Positions 33,845-46,972 of a DNA stretch of 64,000 bases are shown here, piece after piece. How positions within the stretch are numbered: position 1 is the first letter of the stretch; every line of letters starts with the position of its first letter. This DNA is from the human T2T-CHM13v2.0 reference genome, Homo sapiens. The stretch lies in NCBI RefSeq assembly GCF_009914755.1, contig NC_060931.1. One strand, given 5' to 3'. The notes under the pieces are model-generated. The model was not told the origin of the DNA and searched no databases. It was given only the letters and a program-made list of their open reading frames with translations. Position numbers and translations under genes: made by a program.

Positions 33845-34389
33845 TTTTTTTTCTTTGTTTTTTTTTCTTTTTTTTTTTGAGACAGGGTCTTGCTCTGTTG
33901 CCCAGGCTGAAGTGCCGTGGTGCGATCTCGGCTCACTGCAGCCTTAACCTCCTCTGCTCAAGCGATCCTCCCTCTTCAGCCTCCTTCAGCAGGCAGGAGC
34001 AGAGGAATTACGGAGGCGGTTGCTAATTTTTTACATCGGGGTTAGGGAAGGCCTCCCTGGTAACAGGAGATTTGAGCAGAGACCGGAAGGAAGGGGAGTC
34101 AACTGTGTCGATCGTATCTGAGATGAGAAAGTTCTAGGCAGAGGGAACAGCAAGTACAAATGATTGCAATGAATGTATATCATTTTTATAATCAGGAAAA
34201 AGCCAATAAAGATACTGTACTCTCAAACTACCAGTGCGTGCCACGATGCCTGACTAATTTTTGTATTTTTTGTAGAGATGGGGTTTTGCCATGTTGCCCA
34301 GGCTGGTCTTGAACTCCTGGGCTCAAGCAATCCGCCCACCTCAGCCTTCCACAGCGCTGAGATTACAGGCGTGAGCCACCACGCCCGGC
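33845..34389 (-). mobile_element. AluJ split by a 240-bp non-Alu insertion
   Basis: Alu sequence stops at cagcctcc (33984) and resumes at ctaccagtgcgtgccac (34228). Confidence 0.9.
33988..34227 (+). repeat. Dispersed 240-bp direct copy of 36188-36427
   Basis: Ungapped alignment at offset 2200; 11 mismatches counted by eye. Confidence 0.95.
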
Positions 34390-34999
34390 AACGTTTTCTT
34401 ATAACATTGAAAGCTGAAGACAATACAATTACCCATCAACAGAGAACCAGATAAATGAAGTGTGGAACATCCACAGCGTCGAATAAAATCATGGTGTGGA
34501 TCTGTATTTCCTGACAACTAAAGATTCCGTGATAAAGTGTGAAGCGAAAAAAAGCAAGCTGCCAAACAACATGTAGAATATGATACCATTGCTTTCTGTG
34601 TATGCGCCTGTACATGTGAAAACAGTCTGAAAGGAGAGATACTAAAATGTCATAGCAGTTGTCTGACAGGTAGGATTTGGGGTGATTTTTGCTTTTTAAT
34701 TTATACCTTCTTTGTACCACCTGACTTTATTCAATGTGCAAGAAATTTTACATCATCCTCTGATCAAAACCCTCTATGATCCTCCACCCCTAGCACCCAC
34801 TTCCCTCCACACCTGAGTGCCTGCTGCCTCCAGCCTCCACCCTCTGCTTTAGGCGCACAGGCCTCCTGTGCCTCCCCCAACACCAGGCACACTCCTGCCT
34901 CAAGGCCTCTGCACTGGCCACATCATTTGCTGGGAACACTGTTCCCCCCAATACCTGCTTGTCTTGCCCCCTTGCCTCTTTCAAATGTTAGTTTATCAC

Positions 35000-35875
35000 T
35001 GTTACGGGTTGAACTGTGTGCCCCCAAAATTCACATGTTGAAGTCCTAACCCTAGAACCTCAGGATGTGACCTTACGTGGAAACAGGGTCATCAAAGATG
35101 TAGTTAAAATAAGGTCATATCGAAGTAGGGTGGACCCCTATCCAATACCACGGTCCTTATGAAAAGAGGAAATTTGCACGCACACACACACACAGAGGGA
35201 ACGCCATGTAAAGACTGGAGTCACACTGCCATGAGCCAGGAACCACCTGTATTAGTCAGGGTTCTCTAGAGGGACAGAACTAATAGGATAGCTATATATA
35301 TATACACACAGAGGAGTTTATTAAGGAGTATTAAACTCACACAATCCCAAGGTTCCACAACAAGCCAACTACAAGCTGAGGAGTAAGGAAGCCAGTCCGA
35401 GTCCCAAATCTGAAGAACCTGAAGTTCGATGTTCAAGGGCAGGAAGCATCCAGCATGGGAGAAACACGTAGGCTGGGAGGCTAAGCCAGTCTAGTATTTT
35501 CATGTTCTTCTGCTTGCTTTTATCCTAGCCATGCTGGCAGCTGATTAGATTGTGCTCACCCAGATTAAGGGTGGGTCTGCTTTTCCCAGCCCACTGACTC
35601 AAATGTTAATCACCTTTGGCAACACCCTCACAGGCACACCCAGGATCAATACTTTGCATCCTTCAATCCAATCGAGTTGACACTCAATATTAACCTTGCA
35701 CCACCAGAAGCTGGGAGATAGGCCTGGAATAGATCCTTCTCTAGCACCTTTGGAGGAAGCACAGTGCTGCTGACACCTTGATCTTGGACTCCAGAACTAT
35801 GAGACAATAACCTTCTGTTGTGTAAGCCACTCAGTGTGTGGTACGTTATTACGGCAGCCTGAGCAAATGAATCCA
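35000..35875 (+). mobile_element. MLT1B-type solo LTR (host of MLT2A)
   Basis: tgttacgggttgaactgtgtgcccccaaaattcacatgttgaagtcctaac...gttattacggcagcc. Confidence 0.8.
35248..35700 (-). mobile_element. MLT2A (HERV-L) solo LTR, MLT2A1-like
   Basis: The reverse complement begins tgcaaggttaatattgagtgtcaac and ends ctagagaaccctgactaataca; perfect 5-bp TSD CCACC (35243-35247 / 35701-35705). Confidence 0.9.
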
Positions 35876-36940
35876 GCCCCATTTTCAACGAGGCTCCCTA
35901 AACACCCAGATCAAAACTGCAACTCGTCAGTCCAAGCTGTTTATCTGCTGCATTTACACATGACACCTACCGCGGAGTAACACATGATATCATTAACTTT
36001 GTCCACTGATGTATCCCAAGGGCCCAGCACAGTGCCTGCACAGAGCAGGCAAAGATTTGTGGAATACATGGACAAATGACACTGAACTACACAAAGTCAG
36101 CCCTGGTGGGGACTACAGTCCAGTGGAGGAAGGCAGAATGCACAGACAAATATGTAGAAGACAATGATAAGTGTCATGAAGAAAAAAAGCAAGCAGGAGC
36201 AGAGGAATTACGGAGGCGGTTGCTAATTTTTCACATCGGGGTTAGGGAAGGCCTCCCTGATAACAGGAAATCTGAGCAGAGACCTGAAGGAAGGGGAGTC
36301 AACTGTGTTGATCATATCTGAGATGAGAAAGTTCTAGGCAGAGGGAACAGCAAGTACAAATGATTGCAATGAATGCATATCGTTTTTATAATCAGGAAAA
36401 AGCCAATAAAGATATTGTACTCTCAAAAGGCATTAAGATATTTAAAAGCCCAATTCTAGGGGCTAGGAAAACCACCTAATTTTTCAAATTCCTAAGACTC
36501 TCTTCAGGCCCAGGCTGAAAACTCCAACCCATTCCTGGAGCCGCCTTCCCCAGCCCAGTCTCCCAGCCCATCCTCCATTAAACAGCTGTCCAGGAGAAAA
36601 AAAAACACTCAATAGTGCAAGGATGCTGAGGTGAGGTAAGGTGAAGCAGCCCCAAGGTGGAGAGGCCCCAAGATCTGTGCTGGTGCTACAAGCCAAGGGC
36701 AACAATCCTGACCACTATCCTAGCCACCAGTGGCTGACTTGTCCCCCAATCCCCATCCAGATCTGGCCTGTGCTGGCCTGCACAGATGCCCCTCCATCCC
36801 AGCCTGTCATCTGCCTCCACTGCCAGTTCCCAAAGCGAGCACCTGTCACGTGCTCCTGCTCTGCACCAAGACCACTGAGGCTCCCAGCTCTGAGCAATGT
36901 CCACTCCTGCTTCCCTACCAGCTAGTTCCCACTCCACTAG

Positions 36941-37262
36941 GCATGGATGAAGCTGGAAGCCATTATCCTCAGCAAACTAATCCAAGAACAGAAAACCAAA
37001 CACTGCATGTTCTCACTTATAAGTGGGAGCTAAACAATGAGATCACATGGACACAGGGAAGGGAACAACACACACCAGGCCCTCTCGGTAGGTGGGGTGG
37101 GAGGAGGGAGATTATTAGGAAAAAGAGCTAATGTATGCTGGGCTTAATACCCAGATGATGGGTTGACAGGTGTAGCAAATCACCATGGCACACATCTACC
37201 TATGTAACAAACCTGCACGTCCTGCACATGTATTCCAGAACTAAAAATAAAAATTAAAAAAA
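36941..37262 (+). mobile_element. Older L1PA 3' end
   Basis: atggatgaagctggaagccattatcctcagc...aacctgcacgtcctgcacatgta plus an A-rich tail. Confidence 0.85.
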
Positions 37263-37465
37263 TAACTGTGGTTAAAAACGTAACATAAAATTTACCCATC
37301 TTGTATTAATATTAAACAGAAATTTTTATTTAAAGGCAATTCATTGCAGCAGCGATATATATTTTTAAACGGAAACAAACTAGAGGTCAGATAGTCAACA
37401 GAGCTTTATTTTTCAATCCATCTAGTACATCCCAAGTATAAAAAGCTAAAAACCTTGTGCTCCAA

Positions 37466-38052
<587 letters not shown>

Positions 38053-38397
38053 AAATTGACCATCTCAACCATTTCTAAGTGTACAGTTCCACAGTGTTGA
38101 GTATATTCACATTGTCGTGCAACTGATAGTCTGAACTCCTTCATCTTGCAAAGCTGAAACTCTGTCCCCATTAAACAAAAACTTTCCATTCCCCCCTCCT
38201 CCCAGGCCCTTGCCATCCTTCTACTTCCTGTCTCCATGGCTTTGACTACTCTAGGGACCTCACGTAAGTGGAATCCTACAGTATTTGTCCTTTCATGACT
38301 GGCTCATCTCACTTGGCATAACGTCTTTGAGGTTCATCCATGTTGTAGCATGTGTCAGAATTTCCTTCCTTTTTAAGGCTGAACGATATTCCACTGA

Positions 38398-38777
<380 letters not shown>

Positions 38778-39454
38778 CATGAGATGCTTTGATACAGGTA
38801 CGTAATGCATAATAATCACATCAAGGTAAATGGTGCGTCCATCCCCTCAACCATTTATCCTTTGTGTTACAAACAATCCAATTATACTAGCTGTTTTTAA
38901 ATGTGCAACTAAATTATTTTTGACTATAGTCACCCTGTTGTGCTAGCAAATACTAGGTCTTACTCATTCTTAACTCTTTTCCTTTTTTAAAAATTTTCCT
39001 TTCCTATATAAAAGCAACTTATTCATTCTATTTTTTTGTACCTATTAGCCATCCCCACTTCCTCCCAGACGACAGTTTGTTTATTCATTCATCTGTCCAC
39101 AGACATGTGGGTTGCTTCTGCCTCCATCTCAGCTTCGACACCCTTTTGCTTCAACTATCTCCAAGTGCTTTTGTAATTCCTGGTAGTCAACCACCCTAAC
39201 ACCTGCTGACACCAGCTCAGGGAACTCAGGACTGGACTAAAGGCTTGTGACCGTGCTCAGGGCAGGGGCAGTTCTCTGAGCAGCGCAGCCAGCCAGGCAC
39301 CAGCTCAGCTCCGAACCCGCTACTGCTCCTACCCTCAGTTTTGCCCGATGGCTTGAGATCTGGGCTGCATTTTTATGCGCTATGGACTCTCCACTAATTA
39401 GATAACCAACAATCTTTGAAGTACACCCAACTTCAATGAGAAACTGCACAGTTC

Positions 39455-39612
39455 TGAGCCTCTCAAGCTTTGGTGTGCACACAAGTCACCTGGAGGTGCT
39501 TTCAAAAAGTCGATGCAGTAGGCCCGGGGTGGGGTCCGACCTTCTGCATTGCTGACAAGCTCCCAGGCGATGCTGATGCTGCTGATCCGGGGACCACACT
39601 TGGAGCAGCAAG
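39455..39612. mobile_element. MER5A
   Basis: tctgcattgctgacaagctcccaggcgatgctgatgctgctgatccggggaccacactt. Confidence 0.75.
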
Positions 39613-41716
39613 GACCTGGCAACCTCCCACCTGCTCAGACCTGTCTCCTGGGCTTTGCCCAAGTTCCCCTGGAAGCTGGCTCCATAAGATCATCTGTTTT
39701 GTATGTCTGAGGCTTCCCCCTTTGAAAGCTCCCCAACAGTATTTACCCAGTGTTTCAAAGCAGCTCTTCAGACTGTCCGGCTCCACAATTAATCCTAGCA
39801 CCCAACACAGTAAGTGATGAAGGGTTCCTTCCTCAGGCCCAAACAAGAGAACAAAGAAGAAAGAAGTGACAAGGAGAGTTTCCAAGAGACTCCAAAGGAC
39901 TGGGAAGCACCAGGAAACCACTAGGAGTGAGGAGCCCTCCCAGCTGCCCTGCCCTCGACACAACACCCCAGGACCGCTGTGGCCTATCTTCCGCCAAGGC
40001 TCTGGGCCACCCAGGCTGCTGGAGGGACAAGCAGAGTGTCTGCCTGGACTGCGACCAAGACTGGCCTTCCAACTTCAACTGGGCCCTTGCCACTGCCTGG
40101 CAATTCTTTCACTCATCCCTTCTCACTCTCCTCTGGAAGCCAGTTGTGTTTGCTCAAGCTCCTGATCCCCCCACGCTGCTGTCCTCTCTCCAGATCTGCT
40201 CGCCTCCCACCCTCCACCAATAGACCCATACTCCCCCATACATCTCTGTCCCCAGACAAGCCACCTGTTTCTCCTTCTGTTTTCCTCCTCTCTCAAATGA
40301 ATGCCTCCACTCTTGCCCTAGATCCCATCCCTTCCAAGCCCCCAGGAGCTTTCACTCCTGCCCTCTCTGCCTCCCTTTCCAACCCCACCCCAGACTGGCT
40401 TCTTCCTAGCCCTCACCTGCACAGATGGCCTCCACCTTACCACTCCCTCTTCCTACGTTATTTCACTCCTTGCACACACACAGCACCCTTCATGCCGCAG
40501 AAGCTGGCCCTCTGAGGGGCTGGGTCCTACCCAGTCAGCGGCTGTCACAACAAAACCCACCCCCTAGGGTTGAGAAACCGTCTTACAGCTGGACCTCAAC
40601 CTCGAGAGGGCAAAACTCAGCCTCCAAATCACATCACTTCCCTTCTCTTGCTGGAAAGATCTTCTCGGTCCCTTTCAGTACCAATATGTGGAATATTCTG
40701 CACCTTCCATGCCCATTTTCCCACATCCTAGACACCCAACTCCTGCCCTGTACACCTGCTATCTGAGCACACAGGCTTTGACTCAGACGTGGAGCGTAAT
40801 GAAAACCATGGGGGCCACTGCAGACAGTCAAGCAAGGAGGAAGGGACGTGACCTGTTCCTAGCAGGCCCTTCCTGCTGAAGGTGGAGGATGAACTGGAGG
40901 AAGTGAGAGGAGAAGTAGAGGTCGTGACAGTCACCTGGAGAAAAGAGGATGGGAGCTTGAATGAGGGCAGTGGTGGCAGCGATGGTACAGCAGAAACATT
41001 CAAGACGGACTTCCTCCCCTCCCATTCACAGTCCTCTGGGAACTTTCTTTCACTCACTGAGGGGCTGGTGCCTGGCTCACAGTCCTTTCTTCCTCTCTCC
41101 AGGCAAGTTCAACATCCACAGAAGTTATTCACCCCAAAGCCTTCCTCCATGTTCCACTTCAACAACTCATTCCCACCACTACACCCTACCCTGTTCATTA
41201 CCCAAGACCAAAACTAGAGATGACCCACTTCTGAAACTCGGCACAATGACACCCCAATCCCTCCCGCCCTCCCCCACCTCTCTCTCAACACCTGCCCTGG
41301 GATCTCAGCTGCACCCCCTCCTCCCAGTCCCTTTCCCACTGCTCCAGCCACGGTTCACCTCCTACCTCATCCAGACCACCTCTTGCCAGCTCCTTCAATC
41401 CCCTTTGGCTCTTCACACCTGCCCTGTGATTCCCCATCCCTGACTCGGGCCAATGGCTCACCTTTCCCAGACACACTGGAACGTCAAGTGCTAGAGGACA
41501 AAAATCACACGGTGGGTTCCCTAACATCACCACAGATACCCCCATTACCTTGGACTTCACTCCCAACCTTCCACCAGTCCCTCCGATTCCTTCTCCCAAC
41601 ATTACTTCTTCCTAACTCTTCTTAGGGTGGTCCTGCCTGCCCAGGTGAACCTCCTCACTTTTGGTAAATTAGCCATGAGGTCCTTCCTTCTACTTCCTTA
41701 AATTGTCAACCACTGC

Positions 41717-42023
<307 letters not shown>

Positions 42024-42390
42024 CAGTCACTGTATTTTTACTGACTCTTGAAGCCTACAAACACAATCAAGTCTAAAACATGTTTTTAAAACTTCCACCA
42101 ACCCTCCTGCCACCATTAAGTTATAGGGAATAACTCAAACCTCACCAGGCCTAAGAATAACATAAAGAGCTTGTGGAACATTTCAAAAATACAAATCCTC
42201 AGGCATCACCTGTTTCAGTAGAGCTGGCTTGACCATGAGTTGGGTTTTTAACAGGTGATTCTGATCAGTTGGCCCTCATCCCATCCTTCAAGAAACAGTT
42301 TGGTACAGTAGCATTTGACATGATGGATCACTCACCTAGAGGAAAACTCTCTCCTCCTCTCCTGGCTCTCATATCACTATTTTGTCATGA

Positions 42391-42845
<455 letters not shown>

Positions 42846-42984
42846 TAACTTTTTTTCTAAGTACTGGATCTGGGATAGATTAAAAATCAATGAATGAATG
42901 TACAGGTGATAGTCAACACAGTTAACAGCAGTGGAGCACGAGCACTGACAGTCGGAAAGGGAGCTATTCTAATTTTACAGGTAA

Positions 42985-43135
42985 AGGATCTGAACAGACA
43001 TTTCTCAAAAGAGACACACAAATGGTCAACAGGTAAAGAAAAATTGCTCAGCATCCCTAATCATTAGGGAAATGCAAATTAAAACCACAATGAGATAGCA
43101 CCTCAAACCTGCCAGAATGGTCTTCAGCCAAAAAA
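42985..43135 (+). mobile_element. L1 ORF2 internal fragment
   Basis: ctgaacagacatttctcaaaaga...gaaatgcaaattaaaaccacaatgagata. Confidence 0.7.
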
Positions 43136-43336
43136 CTAAAGCAGAGTCCTTGAGGCACCTGCTGTGCTGAGCATTAACCCTTCAGTCACTGGATCTCGGT
43201 GAGGTGGAGGGTGGCGGTGGTCCTTGGGAGAAGAGTCCTGAAAGAGGGCAGGGAGGCTCAGGGTACTTGGGGGTGGGGAGCAAGGAATATTCAGTACAGC
43301 AGCTATTTACCAACTGCTATGGTAGTATCTCAGTGG

Positions 43337-43667
<331 letters not shown>

Positions 43668-43889
43668 TGAAAACAGCAGGTCTAGGGGACAATTCTAATC
43701 TAGTTGCCTGGTCAAATAAAATATGGTTCTTGCACACTATTTACACAGACTCAGTCCCAAAAGCAGGTGTCTCTCAAGGTCTCTGGAGATTTACATAGCT
43801 CCAGAGTTAGTCCAGGCTGACTTAGCCTTCAATGTTCCAACAATACCTATTCCCAGAAGGCTAGAACAGAAGGCACTTTACCTCTTAGC

Positions 43890-44080
43890 CCAGTGCTTCC
43901 CAAACCTCAATTGTGCATGCAAAATCACCAGGGGGATCTTGTCAAATGCAGATTCTGATTCAGAAGGTCGGGGGTGGGCCCTGAGATTCTGCATTTTCTA
44001 ACAAGCTACGAGGCAGTGGAGGCAGTGATGATGCGAGCTAAGAGGCAGTGATGATGCTCAGAGTGTGGGGACCACAAGAT
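43890..44080. mobile_element. MER5A
   Basis: aaatgcagattctgattcagaaggtcggggtgggccctgagattctgcattttctaacaagct. Confidence 0.75.
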
Positions 44081-44422
44081 TAGAATTTCACTAATGAGAA
44101 GTAATTGCCTGAAGCTAACAAAGGAGATGGAAAAAAGAAAGAGACAAAGAGAAAGAATAAGAGAAAGCAAAGTATGGGTCTTGAGTGTGTGGATGCAAGA
44201 GGGAAGAATAAAGGGAGTTTTTAAAAAGAAGAGCCATCTGCAATGGTGAGAGTGAGCTGCCTTCAGCAGGTCATGGGCCTAGAACATCTACCAGGCAAGG
44301 AGAAATGACAAAACAACCTAACAGAAAAAGGACAGATGCTGCTTATAAGTGCATTCCAAGACATCCAAGATGTTGACTTGATATGTAGGAGCTACAGGGA
44401 GAAATGAGCTACAAGGAGCTAG

Positions 44423-44458
44423 AGGGTTAATGAGATTAGCGCTAATCTCATTAACCCT
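44423..44458. repeat. Perfect 36-bp palindrome
   Basis: agggttaatgagattagc|gctaatctcattaaccct is an exact reverse complement with no spacer. Confidence 0.97.
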
Positions 44459-44876
44459 TTCTTACACCGAGGAGGAAACCCAGGACAAGGTAACTTGTCC
44501 ATAGTCACAAAGTTACAGGCAGATTTGCATTTGCACACACCCAGGTTTTTTAACTCACCTTTTAACAAATCCTGCTGCCTAACAACAAGAAAAAGAAATC
44601 ACATCATTGTGAGCTCCAGATGAAAGGTGGGTGGTCACAACTTGAAAACAAATTAGATCAGTTAGAACAGTGTCTTCCTATCTGGGAAAATCAACCTAGT
44701 GTAATTATAATGACGGTAATTAGCTGCCTCTATCATTCAGGGCACTGATAGAAAACCTGTGGCTCCCACGTCCCTAGTGACTTGTAACAACTCCCTGGCT
44801 GGGTTCTGTTTTCAGAATTAAGTGAGGCACTTCCTGACAAGCACTGCAGCAGCTGTTCCCAAACGGGCAGGAGTGA

Positions 44877-45262
<386 letters not shown>

Positions 45263-45330
45263 TCAACATAACGATTTTAAATTAGCTGTTCTAACAGTGA
45301 AAAGACAACTGCAAGATACCAAATGGTATA

Positions 45331-45636
45331 CAGTAGTCCCCCTCCTCCAAGGTTTCGGATACCGGAGGACAACTGCAGTTTGAAGATATTTTGAGATATT
45401 CTGAGGTATTTTGAGATACAGCATATTCACGTTTTATTACAGTAGACTGTTAGAACTGTTCTGTTTTGTTATTATTGTTAATCTCTTACTGTGCCTCATT
45501 TTTTAATTAAACTTTATTGCAGGTATGTACATATAGGAAAAAACCATGGTATATACAGACTTCAGTACTACCCAAAGTTTCAGGCATCCACTGGGGGTCT
45601 TGGACCACATCCCTTGCAGATAAGGAGGGACTACTA
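45331..45636. mobile_element. MER44A (Tigger-family MITE)
   Basis: TIRs cagtagtcccc...gggactacta flanked by TA. Confidence 0.8.
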
Positions 45637-45686
45637 TATCTTCAAAATACTGTTAATTTTCAGTTACTGGGTTTACCATATCCGGA

Positions 45687-45878
45687 TCAGTGGTTCCAAT
45701 GCTCAGGGGCTAAAACGGAGCTGTCAACTTGTTAAAATGAAGATTCCCAGGCACTGCCACCAAAGAGTCTAATTTAGAGGCTAAGGGTGAGTCGTAGACA
45801 TCTAAATTCTTAACAAGCACCCCCACATCCCCAAATGATGTTGATGCAGGAGGCCTAGGGGCCACACTTTTGAAACAT
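45687..45878. mobile_element. MER5-type
   Basis: cagtggttcc...ttaacaagcacc...gccacactttgaaacatt. Confidence 0.6.
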
Positions 45879-46528
45879 TTAAGTATTTGTTTATAATATC
45901 CTAAACGACTCACAAAGCATAAATATTCACCTAGAAATGGCCAATAATAAAACAGCACATTAAGAAAAAAATTTCACACACCATAAGCATAAATGCAATA
46001 AAAAAATTATTAAAAGAACAAATGGCAGATCTTGCTAATCAAAACAACCAAAAACTTCTACATTTCAAAATTATGTAAAATTTAAAAGAAATTCCTTTGG
46101 AAGGGGAAAACGCAACATATAGAAGGAAAAATGGTTGCTATCCTTCTAATACATAAAGATTTAAATACATATCTATGCCACAACAGGTAAATAAATAAAA
46201 ATACAGAGAAAATTCACAGAATACAAATACAAAATAAAAAATATTCAATTCTAAAGCAATAAAACCGTGCAGGTTAAAACAATGTATTACAAATTTATTT
46301 AACAAGGGCTTTTAAAGTAACATTCAATGCCAGTGATGAAGTGAATACTCAATGCAAGTGATAATGGAAGGCCCCTGCGTAAGCTTCAAGGGCTTATGTC
46401 AGCATTATAACTTTCAAAAATTGCTTCATTCAAAAATCACATACTGAGTACCTACTAGGGGCCCAGCATTTTGAACAAAAGATGCAGAAATCCAGCCTGG
46501 TGGGCCTTACATTTTAATCACACTCTAA

Positions 46529-46972
<444 letters not shown>

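Larger units (their letters stand above)
34745..36070. mobile_element. L2 3' fragment interrupted by nested LTRs
   Basis: caccaggcacactcctgcctcaaggcctctgcac...gtatcccaagggcccagcacagtgcctgcaca, L2 3'-end motifs. Confidence 0.6.
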
